A stretch of DNA of 32,000 nucleotides from Saccharolobus solfataricus (GTDB lineage: Archaea > Thermoproteota > Thermoprotei_A > Sulfolobales > Sulfolobaceae), in NCBI RefSeq assembly GCF_900079115.1, contig NZ_LT549890.1, forward strand, positions 2,310,001 through 2,342,000, read 5' to 3'. This document shows positions 20,357 through 29,777 of this stretch, one piece after another. Each line of letters starts with the position of its first letter. Position 1 is the first letter of the stretch. The translations under genes were made by a program, and so were the position numbers. The notes beneath the pieces are model-generated. The model had not been told where the DNA came from, did not search any database, and worked only from the letters and a program-made list of their open reading frames with translations.

Positions 20357-21121
20357 ATGTTTAAAAGACTAGCAATATCCCCTATTTTTCTGATACTCTC
20401 ATTAATAGCTTATTATCTTAGTAAAACTGACATACTTCTCTACTCGACAATATCCACAATATTTTTTTGGACATTCATAATCTTAATCTTACCGACTCCT
20501 TTCTATAATTACATTAGGAGTGGTATTGCAAAATATTGGAAAAGGAAAATATTTTGGCTCATAGTAGGATTATATATGGCATATCATGTGATTCTCTATT
20601 CATTCTTCTTCTATTTGTTACTCCCTGGATCTATCAAGAATATAAGTTTTAATTTCTCATTTAATGCAGGAATAGGATATTCTATACCACCCCCAATTAC
20701 CTACTTTCTTGAATGGGTATCAAATAGTCCTGCAATTTGGTTTTTCGTAGGTCCTTACGAGGGAGATATTATACCCTTCTCTACTTTTATGGGAATAGTT
20801 CTCGCATTATTGATAGGGTTAAATGTTATGGAAATATTGGAATTGTGGGGGATTTCAAATAAACTTAGTAAATCAATAGTTTTAATCCCATCTTTGGGAG
20901 TCGTATCTGGGTCATCATGCTGTGTATTCTTACCGAGTATAGTAATGTACTCTATTGCTCTTTCAATAAGCTCAATTACTGCAACAATACTTTCCATTTT
21001 GTCCTCATTTGCATATTTCATATTAGCCTATTATGCCCTACCAATAGTTTCAGCTCTTGTTCTATTTCACAATCTCGCCATGCTTAATAAACTGATCAAG
21101 AAATTATCATTTACCATGTAG
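20357..21121 (+). CDS. Polytopic membrane protein with an intramembrane Cys-Cys motif, hypothetical
   Basis: 254 aa with about 6-7 hydrophobic segments. GSSCCVFLPS lies within a TM stretch. 39 nt downstream of the cupredoxin gene on the same strand. Confidence 0.45.
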   Translation: MFKRLAISPIFLILSLIAYYLSKTDILLYSTISTIFFWTFIILILPTPFYNYIRSGIAKYWKRKIFWLIVGLYMAYHVILYSFFFYLLLPGSIKNISFNFSFNAGIGYSIPPPITYFLEWVSNSPAIWFFVGPYEGDIIPFSTFMGIVLALLIGLNVMEILELWGISNKLSKSIVLIPSLGVVSGSSCCVFLPSIVMYSIALSISSITATILSILSSFAYFILAYYALPIVSALVLFHNLAMLNKLIKKLSFTM

Positions 21122-21164
21122 AGTTTAGTAAGTTTATTAATTTATTTGCTATACATTAATACAT

Positions 21165-22148
21165 ATGTTCAAAGTAGAGTACCCTACTACACAAGTTATT
21201 TATGGACTTAACGCACTAGATTGGTTAGAAAACGTTAAGGGCAAAAGAATAGCTTTAGTTACTACTAGAAGTTTACTCAAAAGTAAAATTCTTGAACAAA
21301 TATTAAGTCATATAAAAGCTGAGGTAATTGAGGGACCAAGACAACACACTCCAGTAGATGACGTAAATAATTTAACGGAGAGACTTAAGGGATATGACAT
21401 TGTAATAGGCTTAGGAGGAGGAAGTATAATAGACGGTATAAAGCTTTCATTTAACGGTTACTATATAGTAATACCTACTACTTTTTCTGGAGCAGAGCAT
21501 ACTAGATCTGGAGGAGCAACAGTTAATGGAATAAAGAAAAGTAGAATTGGAAAAGAGGCAGATGTCGTAATATTAGATCCAAGAGCTACACTTGAAACAC
21601 CTAAATGGTTACTTATAGCAAGTGGAGTGAGGGCAATAGACCACGCAGTGGAAGCATTATACTCTAAGGATTCTACGCCATTTACTGATTCCTTAGCCAT
21701 AGAAGGGTATAAGAAGCTAGTTAAATGCTTGAGAAATTTAGATTCCCTTGAAGATAGGGGATTATGTCAAATAGGCACATGGTTATCATCCTTGACAATG
21801 AGATATGCCAAAATGGGGATAAGTCATAATTTCGGTTACGTTTATGGTCCTAGATTTAACATACCTCATGGTGTAACATCTTGTATATCACTACCATCAG
21901 CAATCAGGTTAAACTACAATGTTGCAAGAAATAAATTGAAGGAAATAGAGAATGAAGGAGAACCATTATATGAATTTATGGATAAATTCCTAAAGGAGAT
22001 AGGAGCTAGGCGAAGATTATCTGAATTTACCACATTAAATGAGGCATTAAAATATGTAAATACTTTTGTTGAGATTGTGAATAATAGTGGAAACCCGGTT
22101 AAAATTGACGTAGAAACTGCTAGAAAGTTCGTGGAAGAGGTCTTTTAA
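21165..22148 (+). CDS. Iron-containing (type III) alcohol dehydrogenase family protein, short form
   Basis: [12 protein letters not shown] nucleotide-binding motif and metal-site His residues (DHAVEAL, ISHNFGY, PHGV). 327 aa. Confidence 0.7.
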   Translation: MFKVEYPTTQVIYGLNALDWLENVKGKRIALVTTRSLLKSKILEQILSHIKAEVIEGPRQHTPVDDVNNLTERLKGYDIVIGLGGGSIIDGIKLSFNGYYIVIPTTFSGAEHTRSGGATVNGIKKSRIGKEADVVILDPRATLETPKWLLIASGVRAIDHAVEALYSKDSTPFTDSLAIEGYKKLVKCLRNLDSLEDRGLCQIGTWLSSLTMRYAKMGISHNFGYVYGPRFNIPHGVTSCISLPSAIRLNYNVARNKLKEIENEGEPLYEFMDKFLKEIGARRRLSEFTTLNEALKYVNTFVEIVNNSGNPVKIDVETARKFVEEVF

Positions 22149-22149
22149 A

Positions 22150-22602
22150 ATGATAGCGTGGAAGGGATTTGGCAAAAGATGGGGTAAGTGTGAAGAGTGT
22201 TGGTTAGCCTATGAAAGAGGAGTCCAACACGAAAATTCTTTAAAATGTTACAAGCTGGGAATTCCGATAGATAACCTAAAAATTCCCTTAGACCAATTCT
22301 TAAGTATAACTAGAGATATGCCGGGAAAATATGCACTTTTTAGATTTCCCCTAAACCTCTTAAGTAAAGGGGTCATAATTCTTTATTTCGATACAAAAAT
22401 AGAGATGGAAAACTTTATTGAAAACATAAGGGATTATATTAAGGATGAAGTATCCCTTAGGGAAAAGAAGTTTTATGATATTTTTGGGAATGTAGAATGG
22501 GTCGGAGGTATGAATTGGAGAAGAGGGTGTCCAGAATACGATAAGAAGTTTGGCGATTGGAGAGTATGGAGAAATGCGACAAGCAAGACTAATAGTACCT
22601 AG
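22150..22602 (+). CDS. Hypothetical Trp/Cys-rich protein
   Basis: 150-aa ORF. Its ATG lies 1 nt after the stop of the Fe-ADH gene. CEEC motif near the N-terminus and a Trp-rich C-terminus. No family recognised. Confidence 0.4.
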   Translation: MIAWKGFGKRWGKCEECWLAYERGVQHENSLKCYKLGIPIDNLKIPLDQFLSITRDMPGKYALFRFPLNLLSKGVIILYFDTKIEMENFIENIRDYIKDEVSLREKKFYDIFGNVEWVGGMNWRRGCPEYDKKFGDWRVWRNATSKTNST

Positions 22603-22692
22603 AGACAATAAATAATAAAACAAATAGTTCTGTGATTAGGGAATAATATCCATATCAACTTTTAGATAACAAATGGTAAAAAGATCGAAGAT

Positions 22693-22711
22693 AGTTAGAA
22701 TCTTTCTAACT
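22693..22711. promoter_or_regulatory. Perfect palindrome AGTTAGAA-TCT-TTCTAACT immediately upstream of the TATA box of ParA-like gene 2; candidate operator
   Basis: 8-bp arms are exact reverse complements. TTTATTAA at 22716-22723 sits about 26 nt before the ATG at 22748, consistent with a leaderless mRNA. Confidence 0.45.
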
Positions 22712-22747
22712 AATCTTTATTAAGGGAAATACTTACCTAAAATAGAT

Positions 22748-23368
22748 ATGTCTATTTCAATTTTTATCCTAAGCCTAAAGGGGGGAATAGGGAAAAGCAG
22801 ACTATCTTACGAGTTATCTAAATATATCTCTAAAAAGAAATTTAAGAAGGTTCTCCTTATTGATAATGATTCTCTATCTACTTTATCAAATCTACTAGGT
22901 CACTATGGTGATGGATTATTGGATGGTTTCGATTTAGGATCCTCGCTAAAGGAAATAGATGGTATCTTCATACTTAAACTGCGGAATAAAATATGGTTTT
23001 TAGAGAAATTTTATGACGAGGAAAGATTAGAACAACTTAAATTCGTCTTATCGAGAAACTGGGATTATATTATAGTAGATAATTATGTTGGGATAAATGA
23101 GCAAAATCCAATAGTCAGAACTGTTTATGATTTCTCCCCTATTAAAATAGGTATTTTCCTAACTGATGAGTTATCGCTAGATTCTACAGTAGAGTATTCC
23201 AATTGTTGGAACCATCTAGACTCTAAACACGTACTACTAATTAATAAGAGCTTTGACGTAAATAATGTTATAGATAGAACTATCATTGACAATATATTAA
23301 ACCAAGATATCCCGAAGAAGAATGAACAATTTACTATAGAAAGAACTAATAAGATAAAAGTATTTTAA
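22748..23368 (+). CDS. ParA/MinD-superfamily ATPase with deviant Walker A (orphan ParA-like 2)
   Basis: KGGIGKS, LLIDND, DYIIVDN. 206 aa. Shares motif order with the protein at 6457-7203 but is otherwise strongly diverged. Confidence 0.65.
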   Translation: MSISIFILSLKGGIGKSRLSYELSKYISKKKFKKVLLIDNDSLSTLSNLLGHYGDGLLDGFDLGSSLKEIDGIFILKLRNKIWFLEKFYDEERLEQLKFVLSRNWDYIIVDNYVGINEQNPIVRTVYDFSPIKIGIFLTDELSLDSTVEYSNCWNHLDSKHVLLINKSFDVNNVIDRTIIDNILNQDIPKKNEQFTIERTNKIKVF

Positions 23369-23482
23369 GTATCAACTGGAATTTTTACCGTAAGATACTG
23401 ATCTAGAACTGAAAGGTACTAATTTAGAAACAGAATATGTGATATGTAAAAAGATTTTATATCTCCAATTTTAATATAATAT

Positions 23483-24738
23483 ATGCCCCTAGATCCTAGA
23501 ATTAAAAAGTTACTAGAATCAGCTCTTACTATACCAATTGGTAAAGCCCCAGTAGAAGAGGTAAGAAAGATATTTAGGCAATTAGCGTCGGCAGCTCCCA
23601 AAGTCGAAGTTGGAAAAGTAGAAGATATAAAAATACCAGGCAGTGAAACCGTTATAAACGCTAGAGTGTATTTTCCGAAGAGTAGCGGTCCTTATGGTGT
23701 TCTAGTGTATCTTCATGGAGGCGGTTTTGTAATAGGCGATGTGGAATCTTATGACCCATTATGTAGAGCAATTACAAATGCGTGCAATTGCGTTGTAGTA
23801 TCAGTGGACTATAGGTTAGCTCCAGAATACAAGTTTCCTTCTGCAGTTATCGATTCATTTGACGCTACTAATTGGGTTTATAACAATTTAGATAAATTTG
23901 ATGGAAAGATGGGAGTTGCTATTGCGGGAGATAGTGCTGGAGGAAATTTGGCAGCGGTTGTAGCTCTTCTTTCAAAGGGTAAAATTAATTTGAAGTATCA
24001 AATACTGGTTTACCCAGCGGTAAGTTTAGATAACGTTTCAAGATCCATGATAGAGTACTCTGATGGGTTCTTCCTTACCAGAGGGGAGTGTTCTCATGCA
24101 GTCATCTTATTCGATATCATATAGTAAAATTAAATTAGGTTAGAAATTTTCATAATTAGTCGTTTCGATCTAGATGTAGCTAAGGAATTAGAACGTGAAA
24201 AACAGCCTCTGAAAAGGGTTTATGTGGGAGGGTTATGAAATCTTTTTGTGGTAGTACTAGAATGAACCTCGTAAACTCTTGCACATAAGCTTTTCTAAAA
24301 TAATGTCTCTGTTCAAATTTCTATATCTTAAACGTTAAATGAGCGTTTTCCCATATTACTCCAATATTTTTACAAACATTTTTTGAATTTCATGACTGTT
24401 TGAGAACACTGCCTACCAGAGAGCATATAGAGTGGTTCGGTTCTCAATACTTACGAAGCCCTGCAGATTTGCTAGACTTTAGGTTCTCTCCAATTCTGGC
24501 GCAAGATTTCAACGGATTACCTCCAGCCTTGATAATAACAGCAGAATACGATCCACTAAGGGATCAAGGAGAAGCGTATGCAAATAAACTACTACAAGCT
24601 GGAGTCTCAGTTACTAGTGTGAGATTTAACAACGTTATACACGGATTCCTCTCATTCTTTCCGTTGATGGAGCAAGGAAGAGATGCTATAGGTCTGATAG
24701 GGTCTGTGTTAAGACGAGTATTTTATGATAAAATTTAA
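23483..24738 (+). pseudogene. Hormone-sensitive-lipase-family carboxylesterase interrupted by a 330-bp insertion
   Basis: The N-fragment (23483-24124 ORF) has HGGGF (oxyanion hole) and GDSAGG (nucleophile). The C-fragment (24400-24738 ORF) has DPLRD and HGF (Asp and His of the triad). Removing 24084-24421 joins FFLTR to EHIEWFG in frame, giving 918 nt, i.e. 305 codons plus stop. Confidence 0.9.
24084..24413. mobile_element. MITE-like non-autonomous element, 330 bp, with imperfect terminal inverted repeats and an 8-bp target-site duplication
   Basis: Left end GGGAGTGTTCTCATGCAGTCAT. Right end (reverse complement) GGCAGTGTTCTCAAACAGTCAT. Flanked by direct TACCAGAG at 24076-24083 and 24414-24421. 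AT-rich interior with no long ORF. Confidence 0.85.
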
Positions 24739-24755
24739 TAATCATCATCTTTATC

Positions 24756-24765
24756 TTTTTTTTTT
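24756..24765 (+). terminator. T10 tract downstream of the esterase stop; probable archaeal oligo-T terminator
   Basis: Uninterrupted run of 10 T about 18 nt after the TAA of the esterase C-fragment. Confidence 0.45.
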
Positions 24766-24828
24766 CTAAATTATTGTTTTAAGGCTTTATTAAAAACATT
24801 TAAAAAGAGTCAGTAACAAGATAGTATT

Positions 24829-25839
24829 ATGAAAGCCGTTGTTCTCCCAGCTCATAACCAAGGTTATAGAATAGAAGAGATAGCAGATCCTAAACCTTAT
24901 AAGGGAGAAGTCGTAATCAAGGTTAATAAAGCAGCCTTATGTTATAGGGACTTATTACAGATAAAAGGGTTCTATCCCAGATCTAAATACCCGCTAATTT
25001 TAGGTCATGAGGTAGTGGGAACAGTTGAGGAAGTTGGAGAAAACGTTAATGATTATAGGGAAGGAGATCGGGTAACCTCAATGCTTTTTGTGCCCGATTG
25101 GTCGTGTGAATATTGTAAGAGCGGAGAAGAAGTTTACTGTAAGAATAGGGTTCTATATGCTCAAGAACTAGATGGGTTTTTCGCAGAAAAGGCTAGGGTT
25201 AAGGCAAGCAGTTTAGTCAAAATACCTGAAAACGTTTCTGATGAAGGGGCTGTTATAGTTCCATGTGTTGCAGCAATGGTTTATAGGGGTTTGAAAAAGG
25301 CTGGAATAAAAGAAGGGGAAAATGTATTAGTTACTGGAGCGAGTGGTGGTGTAGGTATTCACGCAATTCAAGTAGCTAAGGCTCTAGGGGCTAAGGTGAT
25401 AGGCGTTACTAGTAGTGAGAGTAAGGCAAGGATTGTTTCCAAATTCGCTGACTACGTAATTGTAGGTGATAAGTTCTCAGAAGAGGCTAAAAAGATAGGC
25501 GATATTTCCATCGTTATTGAAAATGTTGGTCCCTACACTTTAGAGGAAAGTATGAGGAGTCTGAGGAGTGGTGGCAAGATTATTCAGATCGGGAATCTAG
25601 ATCCTTCTATAACATTTAATCTAAGGCTAGGCTATGTGATTCTTAAAGACCTAAGTTTAATTGGACATATAGGTGCGAATAAGAAAGACATAGTAGAAAC
25701 TTTAAACCTAGTTAAGGAAGGTAAAATAAAGCCTGTTATTGGGAGTGAGTTTAGGTTAGAGGATTTTGGAAAAGCTCTTGATTTACTTAAGGAAAATAAA
25801 AATAGGTATGGAAAAATATTGATTTCAAACTCTTTCTAG
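24829..25839 (+). CDS. Zinc-type medium-chain dehydrogenase/reductase (possibly enoyl/acryloyl-CoA-reductase-like)
   Basis: GHEVVG, structural-zinc motif CEYCKSGEEVYC, and Rossmann motif VTGASGGVG. 336 aa. The substrate assignment rests only on remembered similarity to crenarchaeal acryloyl-CoA reductases. Confidence 0.7.
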   Translation: MKAVVLPAHNQGYRIEEIADPKPYKGEVVIKVNKAALCYRDLLQIKGFYPRSKYPLILGHEVVGTVEEVGENVNDYREGDRVTSMLFVPDWSCEYCKSGEEVYCKNRVLYAQELDGFFAEKARVKASSLVKIPENVSDEGAVIVPCVAAMVYRGLKKAGIKEGENVLVTGASGGVGIHAIQVAKALGAKVIGVTSSESKARIVSKFADYVIVGDKFSEEAKKIGDISIVIENVGPYTLEESMRSLRSGGKIIQIGNLDPSITFNLRLGYVILKDLSLIGHIGANKKDIVETLNLVKEGKIKPVIGSEFRLEDFGKALDLLKENKNRYGKILISNSF

Positions 25840-27012
25840 AACTATTGCCCCACCTTGTCCTCCGCCTACACACAGTGTTGCAACACCATAATCTTTTCCT
25901 TCCATTATTAATTGTCTAGCCAATGTACCTACTAATCTAGCTCCAGTAGCTCCTAGGGGATGCCCTATGGCAATAGCACCTCCCTTCTTGTTTACTGTGT
26001 TCTCATCCAATTCCAATTGTTTTATAGCATATAATACTACAACAGCAAATGCCTCATTTATTTCCCATAAGTCTATTCTTCTAGTACTTAAATTAGCCTT
26101 TTCTAAGGCTTTCTTGGAAGCGGGTACCGGTCCCTTTCCCATCACCGCCGGAGGTACCCCTGCAAATCCAAAACTCTTTATCTTTGCCATTGGAGTTAAG
26201 CCGTACTTCTTCAACGCATTTTTTGACATTAAGAGTACATAAGAAGCTCCAGAATTCAAGGGTGCGGAATTTCCAGCAGTTATTGTACCATTGGGTTTAA
26301 AGGCTGGAGGTAATTGAGCTAATTTTTCCATACTGGTGTCTGGTCTAACTGATTGATCTAAGTTAACTACAGTTTTCTTCCCTTCGACTTCTACCTCAAT
26401 GGGTAAGATCTCGTCTTTAAAATACCCCTCCTGTATAGCTTTCCATGCTAATTGATGGCTCCTCAAAGACCACCTATCCATTTCTTCTCTTGTTATTTTA
26501 GCTTCTTCAGCTAATTTCTCAGCAGTTAATCCCATAACATATCCTGTAGTTAAATCGTATTCGATATATTTGCTATCGGTTAGAAACTTAGTGTTAATTT
26601 CAATGTGAGGATTATCAAACATTGGTGTTCTGGACAGCTTTTCAACCCCACCTGCTAGTACTATATCAGCCATGCCGGTTGATATTTCCATGGCTCCTAT
26701 GGAAACTGTAGTTAGTGATGAAGCGCATTGTCTATCAACAGCCATAGTTGGTATATTATAAGGCAATCTAGCAGCGAAAACTTCATGCCTACCTCCAAAA
26801 GCCCATTGTTCGCCTACTTGAAGTGCACATCCAGTGATTATTTCATCTATTTCTTCTGCCTTAATCCCATTTTTCTCTATTAATCTATTTATTACCATTC
26901 CAGCTAATTCCTCTGGTCTTATATTGTAAAACGGATCTTTTTGATAGTCCTTGCGTGAAAATCTCGTAAAAGCCGTCCTTACGTAATCGACTAGATATAC
27001 ATCCTCTAGCAT
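25825..27012 (-). CDS. Acetyl-CoA C-acyltransferase (thiolase)
   Basis: Active-site Cys region DRQCASS, NEAFA, GHPLGATG, and C-terminal CVGGGQG. 395 aa. Confidence 0.85.
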   Translation of the reverse strand: MLEDVYLVDYVRTAFTRFSRKDYQKDPFYNIRPEELAGMVINRLIEKNGIKAEEIDEIITGCALQVGEQWAFGGRHEVFAARLPYNIPTMAVDRQCASSLTTVSIGAMEISTGMADIVLAGGVEKLSRTPMFDNPHIEINTKFLTDSKYIEYDLTTGYVMGLTAEKLAEEAKITREEMDRWSLRSHQLAWKAIQEGYFKDEILPIEVEVEGKKTVVNLDQSVRPDTSMEKLAQLPPAFKPNGTITAGNSAPLNSGASYVLLMSKNALKKYGLTPMAKIKSFGFAGVPPAVMGKGPVPASKKALEKANLSTRRIDLWEINEAFAVVVLYAIKQLELDENTVNKKGGAIAIGHPLGATGARLVGTLARQLIMEGKDYGVATLCVGGGQGGAIVLERV

Positions 27013-27049
27013 CTTATCATCTACCCATTATATTATTTAACTTGATAGC

Positions 27050-27949
27050 TTATATAGGTTGTAGGAACTCGGAGATGTTAACTTTACTATTGTATAACTT
27101 ACTTAATGTGAGCGCTCTCCTTAAGTGAAGGTGAATATCGAGATCATCGGTAAATCCTATTCCTCCATGAACTTGTATACCACTTAATATAACCTTAGGT
27201 ATCTTTTTGTTTACTAAATCCTTAGCTACCCATGCGTACTTTATGTTTTCAGCAGCTTCCAGTACTAAAGATCTAGCTAATTCTACATCAATTGCGTCAT
27301 TAACTACCCTATGCTTTATTGCTTGATACGAACCTATAGGTTTTCCGAAAGCAACTCTCTCTTTACTATATTTAATCGACATACTAACTACTTCTTCACC
27401 ACTTCCGACCATCTGAGAGGCTAATGAAAGTGCAATTTCAGCGTTGTTAACTTCTATGTCTTCATGATTTCCAACGTGTTTGACTTTACTGATTTTCATG
27501 GAATTATCAAGAGAATTGAAAGTGTGAATTGTGCAATTGTCTCTCTTAATCAACTTGTTTCCTATTACTATATAATCAGCATCATCAGCTGAAGGCACAA
27601 AATTTGAATCAGACATAGCTATTTTTATTTCTCCAGAATACAGTCTATTTAAAACGTCTTTAGTCTTAATACCCCTAGATGCGACTACGCTACTTATTAC
27701 AATTCCCGGCAGTAATTTTCTACCAATAACCTCATTTATTATCACGTTATCTCTTAATGATAGTGTGGAAAGATAAGGCAAGATGTCAAGCTTAATTATT
27801 TCCCTCCATAGTTCCTCGGTATATTCCTTATTTCCCTCCATAATTGACCTTAACTTCTTCGTAGACCACCTTGAGTCCAGTAATTCATTTAAACTGTTTA
27901 GAATCAGTTTAAGATCCTCACTAATTTCGAAGTTTAAATCTAGGATCAT
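27050..27949 (-). CDS. Short acyl-CoA dehydrogenase-like protein, probably non-catalytic
   Basis: The C-terminal ACAD domain is recognisable (ERVAFGKPIGSYQAIKHRVVNDA, VHGGIGFTDD). The protein is only 299 aa, and the MCAD-type YEG catalytic-base motif reads YNS. Confidence 0.6.
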   Translation of the reverse strand: MILDLNFEISEDLKLILNSLNELLDSRWSTKKLRSIMEGNKEYTEELWREIIKLDILPYLSTLSLRDNVIINEVIGRKLLPGIVISSVVASRGIKTKDVLNRLYSGEIKIAMSDSNFVPSADDADYIVIGNKLIKRDNCTIHTFNSLDNSMKISKVKHVGNHEDIEVNNAEIALSLASQMVGSGEEVVSMSIKYSKERVAFGKPIGSYQAIKHRVVNDAIDVELARSLVLEAAENIKYAWVAKDLVNKKIPKVILSGIQVHGGIGFTDDLDIHLHLRRALTLSKLYNSKVNISEFLQPI

Positions 27950-27954
27950 TTAAA

Positions 27955-28881
27955 TCACCACGATTCGATCACATCTAAATCCCTTGGTAATAGTACATCT
28001 AATCTCATCTGCCTAGCTCTATTTATTGCGTCAATCCTAGTATTCAAAAGCTTTTTAGCGTAGTCTACCAGCTCCATATTGGTCAGATCAAAGGGTAGAT
28101 TTGTAACTTGGGGCATCGTAGGTTCAGAGAATATTCCTATAGCATAGGGTGCAAGATAATTAATGTGATCCATAGCAACCTTATATATTCCCTCTCCATG
28201 TTCCTTCACTAGTCTCGCGATTAAGTATACTCCAAACGCTATATGTCTAGACTCATCAGTGGCTATGAGGTTTATCATCTTGGCTAAACCAGGTAAGATC
28301 TTTCTCGTATTTGTTATCCGCCTAAAAATGTTATATCCTCCTTCAGCTGCAATACCTTCAACTACTAGATTGTAAGTTACCACGGCTTTAACTTGATTTT
28401 CCGGTGAAGGATCTTTAGATAAATTCCACATAGCTTTTGGTAATTCTTCATAGAATATCTTCCTATAATTAGGGGAGAGGTCTTTAGTGTATGCGCTCAG
28501 ATCTTCTATAACATTAACAGCGTCAAAAAACCTCCTAAAGGCTTCTACGTGCTTGGATTCCTCATAGACGAATTGCTCTAAATACATCACCTCTTCCACC
28601 TTTCCCTCCTTAACTAATGTAACGATTAGCGGGTGAAGATCCAATGCTACAGCTTCCTCTCCAGCGGCGAACTTTGAACCAACGTTTATTATAAACATTT
28701 TCTCTAAATCATTTAGCTTCTTCCAGTCTTCCGCATCTTTACTTAGATCTATATTAGCTGGATCCCAGAAAAGTCTTTTTCCAAGTTGATATAATTTCAT
28801 TGGGAAAAGTGACCAATTTAAACCTCCATGTCTTATCGACTTAAAATACTCATGTTTATATTCTTCAAAACTCATACCCAT
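27955..28881 (-). CDS. R2-like ligand-binding oxidase (ferritin-like di-metal carboxylate protein, RNR-R2 superfamily)
   Basis: Ligand pattern GEEAV ... EESKH ... YNLVVEG ... DESRH. Phe occupies the position of the RNR radical Tyr (His+4). Val lies at first-ligand-Glu+3 and Tyr at third-ligand-Glu-5, as in R2lox proteins. Confidence 0.7.
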   Translation of the reverse strand: MGMSFEEYKHEYFKSIRHGGLNWSLFPMKLYQLGKRLFWDPANIDLSKDAEDWKKLNDLEKMFIINVGSKFAAGEEAVALDLHPLIVTLVKEGKVEEVMYLEQFVYEESKHVEAFRRFFDAVNVIEDLSAYTKDLSPNYRKIFYEELPKAMWNLSKDPSPENQVKAVVTYNLVVEGIAAEGGYNIFRRITNTRKILPGLAKMINLIATDESRHIAFGVYLIARLVKEHGEGIYKVAMDHINYLAPYAIGIFSEPTMPQVTNLPFDLTNMELVDYAKKLLNTRIDAINRARQMRLDVLLPRDLDVIESW

Positions 28882-28973
28882 AATTAACTATAGATGATTC
28901 GTTTATATTTAAATTTTGCCTTAGATACGATAAAATAAAGTTTTAAGCTAAACTTTCAAACAAAAAGGTTATC

Positions 28974-29777
28974 CTATTTTATTCCACCTTTTATACTCTC
29001 TCCAGAATCTAACACAAACACTTGCCCAGTTAGAGACTCTATTTTAAGAATTGCAGCAGTGAACTCTGCTACCTCCTCTGGATCAAGAATTCTACCCATT
29101 AACGTGAATTTTTCACTAAACTCCTTTTCACTCATTCCTAATACCTGGAACATACTTTCACCTAGCTTAGTCTTCACAAATCCTGGGGCTATTGCATTAA
29201 CCCTTATTTTAGGAGCTAGTTCTAAAGCTAAGTATTTAGTTAATGCAATTACAGCAGCCTTCATTGCACCGTATATTGATAAGCCATAGGCTGGCGATAC
29301 TCCAGCAACTGATGCAACATTAACAATGGCTCCTCCATCTCTCATTTCTTTTGCGAAGATTTGAGAACAATAAACTACAGATTTAAAGTCAGTCGAGATA
29401 TGCTTGTCTAAAAGTTTATCATCTACGTTCAAAAAGGGAGAGAATAATCCTAAACCAGCATTATTTATCAATATATCAACTACTCTGTACCTATCTAGGG
29501 TTTCTTTAGCTAAAGTTTCGCATCCCTCCCTTGTTGAGACATCAGCTAAAACTCCACTAGCTTCTCCTCCATTCTCTTTTATAATCTTTATTGTTTCGTT
29601 CATCTCCTCAGCTCTCTTTTTCGCATTTACTACAACTAAACTACCTTCTTTAGCTAATCTCACAGCTATGGCTCTACCAATACCCCTACCAGAACCCGTT
29701 ACTACAACAACCTTATCCTTTAGAGAGTACATGAATAATGTTAATTTTTTATCAATAAAAAACTTTTCTAATTCCAC
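28974..29777 (-). CDS. Short-chain dehydrogenase/reductase (FabG-like 3-oxoacyl reductase type)
   Basis: TGSGRGIG cofactor motif, NNAG, and catalytic Y-x-x-x-K (YGAMK). The longest ORF starts at a GTG overlapping the upstream ADH stop. The ATG at 29732 (MYSLKDKVVVVTG) is the more typical SDR N-terminus. Confidence 0.8.
   Translation of the reverse strand: MELEKFFIDKKLTLFMYSLKDKVVVVTGSGRGIGRAIAVRLAKEGSLVVVNAKKRAEEMNETIKIIKENGGEASGVLADVSTREGCETLAKETLDRYRVVDILINNAGLGLFSPFLNVDDKLLDKHISTDFKSVVYCSQIFAKEMRDGGAIVNVASVAGVSPAYGLSIYGAMKAAVIALTKYLALELAPKIRVNAIAPGFVKTKLGESMFQVLGMSEKEFSEKFTLMGRILDPEEVAEFTAAILKIESLTGQVFVLDSGESIKGGIK

Noticed and set aside
24400-24420. ATG at 24400 as the genuine start of a 112-aa esterase-like protein (MRTLPT...)
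   Set aside because: The first 14 nt lie inside the right inverted repeat of the MITE. The ORF is the C-terminal half of the disrupted esterase, fortuitously opened by the insertion.
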